This document shows positions 39,010 through 48,350 of a DNA stretch of 64,000 nt, piece after piece. Positions within the stretch are counted from its first letter, which is position 1, and every line of letters begins with the position of its first letter. Location: positions 416,001 through 480,000 of the forward strand of contig CAXXUA010000005.1 in the NCBI GenBank assembly GCA_963663765.2, read 5' to 3'. Below the pieces are notes generated by a model that was given only the letters and a program-made list of their open reading frames with translations, was not told where the DNA came from and did no database searches. This DNA is from Candidatus Poribacteria bacterium. Lineage in GTDB: Bacteria; Poribacteria; WGA-4E; WGA-3G. The translations under genes were made by a program, and so were the position numbers.

Positions 39010-41349
39010 GTGAAAGTTGAAATGCAACTCGGAAGTGAAAAACTTTCAATAGAAATGGGTAAAGTTGCTAAACAAGCAGATGGTGCCGTTTGGGTACAAT
39101 ACGGTGGAACAGTTGTCTTGGTGACCGTAGTAGCAGATGATAAAGAAAATGATTTAGACTTTTTCCCTCTAACAGTAGATTACAGAGAAAGATCCTATGC
39201 CGCTGGACGCATACCTACAGTATATGGAAGACGTGAACCTCGACCTGGAACATCAGAACAATTGGTTGCACGTCTAATAGATCACTGTATACGTCCACTA
39301 TTCCCAAAGCAATTTAAAGCTGAAGTACAAGTTTTGTGCACCGTCTTATCATCAGATGGTGTTCACCCTGCAGATGTCCCCGCACTCATCGGCACATCTG
39401 CTGCGCTATCTGTTTCAGACATACCTTTTAGTGGTCCAGTAGCAGCAGTCACCATTGGGAAAAAAGATGGAAAATTAATTGTAAATCCAACCTATGAAGA
39501 ATTACATTCTTCTGAGATAGAACTATTTGTCAGTGGTACATCTAATGCTGTGATGTCTGTTGAAGGTGGTGGTCACGAGATACCAGACGACGAAGTAATT
39601 GACACAATCATTGCAGCACACGAAGAGATAAAAGAAATTATCAAACTACAAGAAGGAATTGTCGCTGTTTGTAGTCAGGACAAACGTGAATATGAATCAA
39701 AAACTGTTGAAGATACGTTAAACACTCGTATTAGAGACCTTGCCACCATACGTATACGAGAATCTATAGGGATGGCAGACAAACAAATACGTGAAGATTA
39801 CCTTGAACAGATTCAATCAGACATTCTATCGGAAATCCAAGAGGATACCCCCGAAGAAATTGATCCCAACGCTGAAAAAGACGCAAGGTCTATCCTAAGC
39901 GATATTGAAAAAGAGGAGATGCGGAAAGCTATCCTCAGTGAAGGAAAACGCGTTGATGGACGTGGTGTAAAAGATATTAGAACTATTTCAAGTGAAGTTG
40001 CTCTACTACCTCGTACACACGGTTCTGCGCTTTTTACTCGTGGTCAGACGCAGGCACTATGTGTAACGACACTAGGCACCTCTGGTGATGAAGATGTACA
40101 TCGTGGTTTGGATGGAGAACACCGAAATGCCTTCTTTTTACACTATAACTTCCCACCCTATAGTACTGGTGAAGTGAAACGCATGATGGGTCCGGGACGA
40201 AGAGAAATTGGACACGGTTCGCTCGCACAAAAGGCACTTGAACCTGTCATTCCAAATAAGGAAGAATTCAACTATACTATTCGGGTTGTCTCAGAAATAT
40301 TGGAGTCAAATGCTTCCTCTTCAATGGCTTCTGTGTGTGGTGCTACATTAGCACTTTTGGACGCAGGGGTGCCTTTAAAAAAACCTGTCGCAGGTATTGG
40401 TGTTGGTCTCATTAAAGAGGGTGAACAGGAAGTCATATTAACCGATATGCTCGGTACAGAAGATTTTCTCGGTGATATGGATTTCAAGGTCGCAGGAACA
40501 AAAGAAGGTGTGACAGCCGTACAAATGGACATAAAGATTGATGGCGTTACACCTGAGTTAATGCGGACAGCTATTCATCAAGCAAGGGAAGCACGTATCG
40601 CAGTTATTGAACAGATGAATTCTGTCATTAGTACTCCGCGCGAAGAGTTATCCCCCTACGCACCTCGTATCTACTCACTTCAGATAGCCACTCAAAAGAT
40701 AAAAGACCTGATTGGTCCTCGCGGTAAGACCGTTCAAGGTATTCAAGAAGAAACGAATACCACCATCAATATTGAAGATGATGGTAAAGTTGAAATCGCT
40801 TCAACCAGTGCCGAAGATGTCAAACGTGCTGAAGAAAAAATACGTGAAGTTACTGCAATGCCTGAAATCGGGAAAGAATATACTGGTAAAGTTGTCCGGA
40901 CAGCATCATTTGGTGCATTTGTTGAAATTCTCCCAGGTAAAGATGGATTGGTTCATATTTCACAAATGGGTGATGGTTATGTTCGTAAAGCTGAAGATGT
41001 AATGCAAGTTGGCGATGAAGTGACAGTGAAGATCTTGACAATTGACGATCAAGGTAGAATAGACCTGTCACTAATTGCTGCAAACGGTGTTCCACGAGAA
41101 GAACTTGAAACCAATTCTGAACCCGAGGATGGTTCAGGTGAAGGTGGTCAAGGTCAACGAGAACCCCGTGAACGCTCTAACTACAGAGATAATCGTCCTT
41201 ACCGTGATTCGCGTGACAATCGGGACAATCGGGACAATCGGGACAACCGGGACAACCGGGATAAACGCAACAACCGATATGGACAGAAAGATAACTATCA
41301 GGATTCAAAAAATAGAAGATCACCACGTATTCCTAAAGGTAGGTTTTAA
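39010..41349 (+). CDS. pnp: Polyribonucleotide nucleotidyltransferase
   Basis: DFFPLTVDY, HGSALFTRGQTQ, RREIGHG, GDMDFKVAG, KH and S1 domains. Confidence 0.97.
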   Translation: MKVEMQLGSEKLSIEMGKVAKQADGAVWVQYGGTVVLVTVVADDKENDLDFFPLTVDYRERSYAAGRIPTVYGRREPRPGTSEQLVARLIDHCIRPLFPKQFKAEVQVLCTVLSSDGVHPADVPALIGTSAALSVSDIPFSGPVAAVTIGKKDGKLIVNPTYEELHSSEIELFVSGTSNAVMSVEGGGHEIPDDEVIDTIIAAHEEIKEIIKLQEGIVAVCSQDKREYESKTVEDTLNTRIRDLATIRIRESIGMADKQIREDYLEQIQSDILSEIQEDTPEEIDPNAEKDARSILSDIEKEEMRKAILSEGKRVDGRGVKDIRTISSEVALLPRTHGSALFTRGQTQALCVTTLGTSGDEDVHRGLDGEHRNAFFLHYNFPPYSTGEVKRMMGPGRREIGHGSLAQKALEPVIPNKEEFNYTIRVVSEILESNASSSMASVCGATLALLDAGVPLKKPVAGIGVGLIKEGEQEVILTDMLGTEDFLGDMDFKVAGTKEGVTAVQMDIKIDGVTPELMRTAIHQAREARIAVIEQMNSVISTPREELSPYAPRIYSLQIATQKIKDLIGPRGKTVQGIQEETNTTINIEDDGKVEIASTSAEDVKRAEEKIREVTAMPEIGKEYTGKVVRTASFGAFVEILPGKDGLVHISQMGDGYVRKAEDVMQVGDEVTVKILTIDDQGRIDLSLIAANGVPREELETNSEPEDGSGEGGQGQREPRERSNYRDNRPYRDSRDNRDNRDNRDNRDNRDKRNNRYGQKDNYQDSKNRRSPRIPKGRF
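41212..41265 (+). repeat. 9-bp tandem repeat x6 (CGGGACAAY) encoding (RDN)n in the PNPase tail
   Basis: Seen directly in the sequence. Confidence 0.9.
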
Positions 41350-41560
41350 TTTCTCCCTTGCGTTTATTTTTAATTGATTGAATCACTTCTACCTTATGAA
41401 GTATAAGAGTACAAGTTTTTGACGAAGTCCAGGACAAATAGAAAAACATCTACTTTGAATTGTAAGAGTGATGAGGACTTATCTCCAATGATGGGTGAAT
41501 TTTTTAGAAATGACTTCTTGATTCTATTGAAATTCACCCGTTTTATCTGCATATTCTTAG

Positions 41561-41875
41561 ATGGTGAGTATAATGAGAACACGGATCTCCAACGCAAAAA
41601 GAGAAGTAGAACACGCTAAAAGCGATATACTTGCTCAGAAATGGATGACCAATTTATTGGCTTTCATTTTAATTCTTCTAATCATTGTTTTTGTCATTCT
41701 ATCAATTCCAGCAGTGAAAAGGCAAATTGTACACCTAATACGCATCTTATTATATGGCAAAGAGCAGAAACCTGAACGACCTAAGGTCTCACCTGTTGGA
41801 CAATTAAATCCTCTCCTAAACCCATCATTTTCAATAAATGGAAATTGTAATGAATACCAATTGGTCTTACTATAG
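41561..41875 (+). CDS. Small hypothetical membrane protein
   Basis: One long hydrophobic helix; start uncertain. Confidence 0.5.
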   Translation: MVSIMRTRISNAKREVEHAKSDILAQKWMTNLLAFILILLIIVFVILSIPAVKRQIVHLIRILLYGKEQKPERPKVSPVGQLNPLLNPSFSINGNCNEYQLVLL

Positions 41876-42470
41876 AAGCATCTTTTTACGGTATGTATAC
41901 TCACCTTTCAAAAATTTATATAAAAAAAGCATACCAAAACACGCTTGTAATTACTTAGCAATACTTCTGATTTTTGGTATTGGTTTTACAGCATTTGGTA
42001 TTATCAGCGGTTGCGGATATGTTTCTTCATCTTCGTATCTTGAACACATAGAAAGTATAAATATCCCACTTATAGATATTCAGGATGCCGATATTGCTTA
42101 CGACAATGTGTCACAACGACCCTTTGATGAAATCATTCAAGAAAAACTAATAGAACGATTCAACCGTAAATGGAAAGATGGGAGTGATTCTGAACTGACT
42201 ATCAGGATTCAAGACTACGATATAAGAGAACACGGTTTTGGTCCGAGTGGCAATGTAGAATTGTTAAGAATGAGTTTGCAGGTGGAATACCAATTCCTGG
42301 ATAAGGTTAGAGATAATCTCATCGCAAAGGCAGACAACTACCTACAAATACACGACTTCTATATTGTTGAAAATCGAGGGGAACCTCCTGAAACAGTCGA
42401 TCAAGCGAAGAATCTGATAGTTGAAGAACTCATAGATGACCTCTACAATCAGCTTGCAGAACAGTGGTAA
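41838..42470 (+). CDS. LptE-like lipoprotein
   Basis: Lipobox ISGCGY, SINIP, and a C-terminal A...I.EEL.DD.YN....W pattern. Confidence 0.55.
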   Translation: MEIVMNTNWSYYRSIFLRYVYSPFKNLYKKSIPKHACNYLAILLIFGIGFTAFGIISGCGYVSSSSYLEHIESINIPLIDIQDADIAYDNVSQRPFDEIIQEKLIERFNRKWKDGSDSELTIRIQDYDIREHGFGPSGNVELLRMSLQVEYQFLDKVRDNLIAKADNYLQIHDFYIVENRGEPPETVDQAKNLIVEELIDDLYNQLAEQW

Positions 42471-42472
42471 CT

Positions 42473-43483
42473 ATGAAATTCCAAGGCACAATAGTTCTCT
42501 GTATTCTGTTCTTGATGATATTTATATCATGTCAACAGCAGGAAAACTTGATTTCTGTCCAACAAGAGGGTATTTATATATTTGGTACATGGTATGCTCC
42601 TACCAATGAGAATGTAAAACATACAAGAACAGAGATACTGAACAGTATTAAGTTACACAATCAAATAAGAAAAAACTCACTTCCATTAATTACGGATGTT
42701 GCACCTGAAACACTTTTGCCTCAGAATGGTGAAATTAATGACTGGGTTCGTTCACGCAAACCCACAACCTATAATCCTAAAACACTCTACGTAGATAGAT
42801 TCATCCCATCTGAAGACGAAATTACAATATATAAAGAATTTGGATTTCAATCACAAGCAGAGGTGGAATTCCAAAGTCCAAAATACGAATCCCTCCCATT
42901 TATATTACTTGAGATATTTGATATGGGAACACCAGAAAACGCTTTCGGGATCTTCAGTGTCAACAATTATCCAAATCCAAAATTTGAGTGGATAGGATGT
43001 AAAGCGATAATTTCAGGAAAATACTTATGGTTTTGGAAGGGGAAATATTTCGTTCAAATTGAAGGCTATGGAATCGCAACCGGAATTCGTAACGGAATGA
43101 TCGAATTAGCAAAAGTAACAGCAAAAAAGATACAGGATAAGCCACAAAAAATTCCTTTGTTTGAGTTACTACCAAGTAATTATATACGAGGTAGTGAAAG
43201 ATTATGGTCAACCGATTGGACATTGCATCAAATTAATAAAACCTTACCCGATATTGTCCCTCAATTAGAGATCGGTGCAATGGGTGTATTTGCTAAATAC
43301 TTACCAAAGAAACCAAAGAATAATAGAAGGCACTATTATGTCTTTGTTATAAAGTATCCAAGTGTAGCAACTGCTGAAAAAGCTTACACACTTTATCAAA
43401 ATACCTTGGTGCAAGAAATGGTAAATTTTGAAATTCATCCGAATGCAGATTCAATACTTATTGAGCAACAGGTTGATTATTGA
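42473..43483 (+). CDS. Hypothetical lipoprotein (DUF6599-like)
   Basis: Lipobox FISC; LEIFDMGTPENAFGIFS and FWKGKYFVQI motifs. Confidence 0.6.
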   Translation: MKFQGTIVLCILFLMIFISCQQQENLISVQQEGIYIFGTWYAPTNENVKHTRTEILNSIKLHNQIRKNSLPLITDVAPETLLPQNGEINDWVRSRKPTTYNPKTLYVDRFIPSEDEITIYKEFGFQSQAEVEFQSPKYESLPFILLEIFDMGTPENAFGIFSVNNYPNPKFEWIGCKAIISGKYLWFWKGKYFVQIEGYGIATGIRNGMIELAKVTAKKIQDKPQKIPLFELLPSNYIRGSERLWSTDWTLHQINKTLPDIVPQLEIGAMGVFAKYLPKKPKNNRRHYYVFVIKYPSVATAEKAYTLYQNTLVQEMVNFEIHPNADSILIEQQVDY

Positions 43484-43718
43484 AGTAAAATACTTGAATT
43501 GATGGTATGGATTGAGTTATATTTTGCTTTTAGTAAAATTGCAACCGGTCAATCACTTTGAATATCACGTCATTTATACAAAGGACGCTTTTCTCCAGGA
43601 AAAAATTGCCGAATTGCAGAAAATTCGCGAATGGATTTATAGGTACTAACCCATGCAGAAACAATGATGAAACAAACGTATTCATCTAAAATGAAGCACT
43701 TTACGGTGAGTAATCAGG

Positions 43719-43747
43719 TTGACAATTCGCTGTGAATGTCTTATAAT
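43719..43747 (+). promoter_or_regulatory. Consensus sigma70 promoter of the toxin-antitoxin operon
   Basis: TTGACA-17 nt-TATAAT, with a TAATCAGGTTGA direct repeat at 43711 and 43748. Confidence 0.75.
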
Positions 43748-43819
43748 TAATCAGGTTGATAATAAGATAATAGTACTTACCATAGCATTGATAACTACGA
43801 TTTGTATAGAGGTATATCA

Positions 43820-44038
43820 ATGACAACGCGCCTTGAACAAGTTTTTACAGAAGCATCAAAACTTTCACCGAAGGAACAAGATGCCCTGGCGGATTGGATG
43901 CTTGCTGAACTTCGCTCTGAGAAAAAATGGGATAGATTATTCGCCAATTCTCAAGAGGTATTATCTAAATTGGCTTCTGAAGCAATTGCCGAGTATCGTA
44001 GTGGTCAAACAAGAGAACTTAATCCAGACCAACTATGA
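43820..44038 (+). CDS. Type II antitoxin
   Basis: 72-aa MTTRLEQVF.EASKL...EQDALA ORF with an ATGA overlap to the toxin; GAGG RBS. Confidence 0.75.
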   Translation: MTTRLEQVFTEASKLSPKEQDALADWMLAELRSEKKWDRLFANSQEVLSKLASEAIAEYRSGQTRELNPDQL

Positions 44039-44304
44039 ATTCAAGAACGACAAAACGCTTTCGCCAGATGCTTGTGAAATTACCAAGTAACATTCAACAA
44101 CAGGCTAAGGAGGCATACAAACTCTTCATTGAAAACACACACCATCCGAGTCTACGATTCAAGAAAGTCCACAATACAGCTTCAATTTACTCCGTACGTA
44201 TCAACATCAATTACCGAGCGGTTGGGGTTGTTGAGAATAGCGTAATTGTTTGGTTCTGGATCGGTCCACATACAGAATATGAGAAATTACTTGGCGAACT
44301 ATGA
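44035..44304 (+). CDS. RelE/ParE-superfamily toxin
   Basis: HPSLRFKKV, SVRI...YRAVG and WFWIGPH.EY motifs. Confidence 0.85.
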   Translation: MNSRTTKRFRQMLVKLPSNIQQQAKEAYKLFIENTHHPSLRFKKVHNTASIYSVRININYRAVGVVENSVIVWFWIGPHTEYEKLLGEL

Positions 44305-44380
44305 GATTTAGGACTTACAAAATAATTGGGTTTGTGGTATCACGGTTTATAATGGCAAAAATAATTCACCAGGAATATAG

Positions 44381-44703
44381 ATGTCAAACTTCAACAATGC
44401 ACAACTCCTTCTAATGAATATCTTCTTAAAGACCTGACACAACCAGAATTTGCGAAAGGTTATCTTGAAGCTGCACTCCAAGATTTTGATAAAGATGGCA
44501 ATAATGAGATACTATTACTTGCAATGAAAGATATTGCAGAAGCATAAGGCGGAATTGAAGGACTGGTCACATGGACATATCTCAGTCCACAGGTTCTCAC
44601 CTATCTCCTTAGTCCCGAGCACCTGACACAATTGGATAAAGTGCTGGAGATTCTCTCTTGGTTAAAAGATACCCGCGACTCAGAACAAGCCGCCATGGAA
44701 TAA
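44381..44703 (+). pseudogene. Addiction-module antidote (HTH) pseudogene
   Basis: YLEAALQD...LLLAMKDIAEA*GGI... with an internal TAA at 44545-44547 and no in-frame start. Confidence 0.65.
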
Positions 44704-44707
44704 TACA

Positions 44708-45029
44708 ATGAAAATCAAACCAGTTAAAGGTAGACCCATGCTGCACTGGGTAGGCAAACGTCCCTTTGACACGATCTATTTTGGCACGCATTGACATAGA
44801 CCGCACCATCTTTGAAGAGTAAATTGACGATTTTCGCGCACAAATTGATTGTGTGTTGATTGATACGGACTACACAGGGGAACATTTCAATATAGTTTTG
44901 AGCGATGTACCAGAGAAAAAGGACGATTATGTTGAGGGAGAATATAAGGTATTACTGCCACGTCCAAAGGCCCGCGTCGCTGTGAAGATTATTGATATGC
45001 TTGGTGAGGAAACGGTTTTTGCGAAATGA
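44708..45029 (+). pseudogene. Internally deleted site-specific DNA methyltransferase (Mod-like) remnant
   Basis: N-terminus KGRPMLHWVGKRP joined out of frame to C-terminus DFRAQIDCVLIDTDY...VAVKIIDMLGEE; internal stop; no catalytic motifs. Confidence 0.6.
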
Positions 45030-45127
45030 CATAAATTAATTCAAGGCACTTAAAAATATAATTTGCGTAATCAGAACATTTTCAGAGACGTTCATGTCTA
45101 TAAATACGCTATCATGAAACAAAACAG

Positions 45128-46198
45128 ATGAAAAGAACACCGCTTTATGAAGTACACAAGTCCCTATATGCAAAATTCACCGAATTTGGTGGGTGGGAAA
45201 TGCCTTTACAATATAGCAGTATTGTAAAGGAACACCTTGCCGTACGTGAAACTGCAGGCTTGTTTGACCTATCTCACATGGGAGAGATTGACATAAAAGG
45301 GAACGGTGCAAATGAATTAGTGCAAAAACTTACCACAAACGACACCAGTCGACTGGCTGATGGTCAGGTGCAATATACACTAATCTGTAATGAAAGTGGT
45401 GGTATAGTCGATGATATTTTGATTTATAGGTCTGAAGACAATAACTATACACTTGTTGTTAACGCTGCTAACATTGAAAAAGACTTTGATTGGATTAAAA
45501 CACATAATGATACAAAGGCTGAAGTGAAGGATGACAGTGATGATACAGCAATGATTGCACTACAAGGTCCAAGATCAATGGACATACTTGTGCGTTTCAC
45601 TCCCGAAGAACTTGCTTATGAAATCAAGTTCTTTCGGTTTGAAGTTAGTAGGGTTGCAGGAAAAAATACCGCAATTTCAAGAACCGGTTATACGGGTGAA
45701 ATCGGTTTTGAGTTATATCTTAAGTCAGAGGATGCCGAAGATGTGTGGAATGAACTCTATCCAGTTGTGATTGAGGAAGGAGGACTACCAGTCGGTCTTG
45801 GTGCGCGCGATACGTTAAGACTTGAAGCAGGATTACGCTTATACGGTATGGACATGGATGAAAACACAACACCTTATGAAGCAGGACTCGGACGTTTTGT
45901 TAAGTTAGACACAGACGATTTTATCGGTAAAGATGCTCTCCTTGTACAGAAGGACACTGGAGAATTAAAAAAGAAATTAGTTGGTTTTCAAATGTTGGAC
46001 CGTGCTGTTGCGCGTTGTGGGTATACCGTCTATCAGAACGACGAGGTTATCGGCAAAGTGACAAGCGGTGCACCTTCACCGAGTCTGAATTGCAATATTG
46101 GATTTGCATCCATCACAAAAAACTCAGGGAACAACATAGAAATTGAAATTAGAGACAAACTGTACCACGCGAAAATCGTGAAGGTGCCTTTTATTTAA
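45128..46198 (+). CDS. gcvT: Glycine cleavage system T protein
   Basis: FGGWEMP, FDLSHMG, SRTGYTGE.GFE and GLGARDTLRLEAG motifs. Confidence 0.96.
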   Translation: MKRTPLYEVHKSLYAKFTEFGGWEMPLQYSSIVKEHLAVRETAGLFDLSHMGEIDIKGNGANELVQKLTTNDTSRLADGQVQYTLICNESGGIVDDILIYRSEDNNYTLVVNAANIEKDFDWIKTHNDTKAEVKDDSDDTAMIALQGPRSMDILVRFTPEELAYEIKFFRFEVSRVAGKNTAISRTGYTGEIGFELYLKSEDAEDVWNELYPVVIEEGGLPVGLGARDTLRLEAGLRLYGMDMDENTTPYEAGLGRFVKLDTDDFIGKDALLVQKDTGELKKKLVGFQMLDRAVARCGYTVYQNDEVIGKVTSGAPSPSLNCNIGFASITKNSGNNIEIEIRDKLYHAKIVKVPFI

Positions 46199-46370
46199 TG
46201 AAATTACAACATGCTGTGGCAATATTATGGGCTTTTGCACAAAAATCCTATTATGTTTATCAAGAATCACGACAAAACCCCTACCTTTAGGTAGTGGAAT
46301 GTAGTCGTGCTAAGTGCTTGTGTCAAGAAAAAACTTGATTTTGGTTTAAAACATGAGATACTCATTATAC

Positions 46371-46422
46371 CAGTTCAGTGTAGGTGCTACTAACACCTAC
46401 ACACCTTTAGTAGAGGGAACTG
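46371..46422 (+). ncRNA. Putative pseudoknotted 5' leader RNA of tnpB, copy 2
   Basis: P1 CAGTTC/GAACTG; P2 GTGTAGGTG/CACCTACAC; loop CTACTAA complementary to TTAGTAG. Confidence 0.65.
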
Positions 46423-46443
46423 ACGTCTTCATAGGACTGGAAT

Positions 46444-47640
46444 ATGATCATGCTAAAAACACATAAGATTGCATTGAATCCAAATAACAATCAACGAAAA
46501 TGGTTTGCACAACAGTGTGGCTATGCGAGATTTGCATATAATCATGCATTAGCAGATTTCAAGTCTGCATTGGCAAATGATGAGTTCTTATCCGCTGCGA
46601 AGTTAAACACTCGATTTAATATTGCTAAGAAAGCACATGCTTGGACTAAAGATATGGATCAGGTTGTAGCCAATAAAAGCATATTTGGTAACTTGTCTGC
46701 TGCGCTTGCGAATTGGGTTGGTAAACGTGCGAAGTTTCCGAAGTTCAAGAAGCGTGGCAAAAAGGACGCATTCACCACAAATAATCAATCTGTAGAAGTT
46801 GAAGGTAAGCGTATCAAACTTCCTAAGATTGGTTGGATTAGAATGTTTGAATCATTGCGTTTTGTGGGTAAGATTATGAAAGTGACGATCTCAAGGACAG
46901 CACATCGTTGGTTTGTATCTATCACCATAGAAACAGAGGACACCGAAGCAGTTGATAACTCAACGCACCCTGTGATTGGTATAGATGTAGGCATAAACAC
47001 ACTTGCCACATTGAGTGATGGCACGAAATATGATAATCCAAGACCCCTGAAACGATATGAAAAGAAGTTAGCAAGAGAACAACGTAGATTAAGTAGAAAA
47101 GTTTTCAAGTCTAACAACTGGTTCAAACAAAAACACAAGTTAGAACGTATCTATTATCGTATCGCTTGTATCCGAAACGATGCACATCATAAAGCAACTA
47201 CAGAGATTGTCAACCTCACATCCGCGATCGGTATTGAGACACTCAAGGTTACTAATATGCTGAAGAACAGAAACCTCGCAAAAGCATTGTCAGATACAGC
47301 ATTAGGCGGTTTCCTGCTAAAACTCAAGACAAAAGCGGAAGTGCGCGGTATACCTGTCAAAGAAGCAGATATGTTCTTTGCAAGTAGTAAAACCTGTTCC
47401 GGTTGTGGACACAAAAAGAAAGACCTAACACTTTCAGAAAGAATGTATCACTGCAGTCAATGTGATATGTCTATAGATAGAGATGTCAACGCTGCAATAA
47501 ACTTGAAACCAACTACGGTGGGACACACCGAAGGTCACGCCTGTGGAGTGCAAATAAGACCCAACGCTGTTCAGAAAAGGGCACGAGACACGGAAGCAGG
47601 AAAAGTCGTTTGGAAACAACTCAAACCGTTTCCAATATAA
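46444..47640 (+). CDS. tnpB: RNA-guided endonuclease TnpB; C-terminus reads through the omegaRNA region
   Basis: GIDVG, IETL, DRDVNAA and a zinc finger; paralog of 9164-10240. Confidence 0.93.
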   Translation: MIMLKTHKIALNPNNNQRKWFAQQCGYARFAYNHALADFKSALANDEFLSAAKLNTRFNIAKKAHAWTKDMDQVVANKSIFGNLSAALANWVGKRAKFPKFKKRGKKDAFTTNNQSVEVEGKRIKLPKIGWIRMFESLRFVGKIMKVTISRTAHRWFVSITIETEDTEAVDNSTHPVIGIDVGINTLATLSDGTKYDNPRPLKRYEKKLAREQRRLSRKVFKSNNWFKQKHKLERIYYRIACIRNDAHHKATTEIVNLTSAIGIETLKVTNMLKNRNLAKALSDTALGGFLLKLKTKAEVRGIPVKEADMFFASSKTCSGCGHKKKDLTLSERMYHCSQCDMSIDRDVNAAINLKPTTVGHTEGHACGVQIRPNAVQKRARDTEAGKVVWKQLKPFPI

Positions 47641-47963
47641 GAACTAAGAACCCCAATGTTTTAGCTTGGGGAGTATGTCAGTCGTTCCAGTAGTATTATT
47701 TACAATCCCATGTTCACAGTTTATCTCAGATAATCCTACGGCAAAAGAAATATACCCAAATATTGGGAAATGAAACCTATCAGATCCATTCAATTGTCCA
47801 AAATCATTCTTGTGGGAAGGGTTTGGAACCTTGAATTCAGATCCTCTGTAAAAAATTCGGAGTTATAAAAACATTCAAACAAAGAAATTTTATGACAAAT
47901 GAATGTCTCTGTGAAACCTATTGGATTATTTAACGACAACATAAAAACGTGAAGGAAACATAG

Positions 47964-48350
47964 ATGATTCCAAAGAATTTAAAATACAATGAAAGCCATG
48001 AATGGGTTAGACAAGAGGACGACATCGCTACTATAGGCATCACAGACTATGCACAATCCGAAATACAGGATATAGTCTTCGTTGAATTGCCAGATGTCGG
48101 AACACATATCACACAGAAGACAGAATTCGGAGTAATAGAATCTGTCAAAGCAGCCTTTGATCTATACGCACCTGTCAGTGGAGAAGTAATTGAAGTGAAC
48201 GAATCTCTACTTGATGCTCCAGAACAAATCAATGAATCTCCTTACGATGACGGTTGGTTTCTCAAAATCAAGATGACAGATTCCAATGAACTTGACGAAC
48301 TGCTTGATGCTAATGATTATCAAGCACATATTGAGGCGGAGCATGCTTGA
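47964..48350 (+). CDS. gcvH: Glycine cleavage system H protein
   Basis: HEWV, GITDYAQ and ESVKA lipoyl-lysine motifs. Confidence 0.96.
   Translation: MIPKNLKYNESHEWVRQEDDIATIGITDYAQSEIQDIVFVELPDVGTHITQKTEFGVIESVKAAFDLYAPVSGEVIEVNESLLDAPEQINESPYDDGWFLKIKMTDSNELDELLDANDYQAHIEAEHA

Larger units (their letters stand above)
46261..47681 (+). mobile_element. IS200/IS605-family element 2 (tnpB only), inside the gcv operon
   Basis: Left end TTAT|...AAAA-CCCCTACCTTTAGGTAGTGG; right end GAAC-CCCAA...TTGGGGAGTATG-TCAG; both guide/cleavage pairs fit the IS608 rule. Confidence 0.82.

Noticed and set aside
45030-45127. Glycine riboswitch upstream of gcvT
   Set aside because: The region is short and AT-rich, with no recognisable aptamer motifs.
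46198-47773. A 51-aa ORF after gcvT split by TnpB element 2
   Set aside because: It is only in frame if the right end is at 47680; the guide rule places it at 47681, which gives an almost immediate stop.
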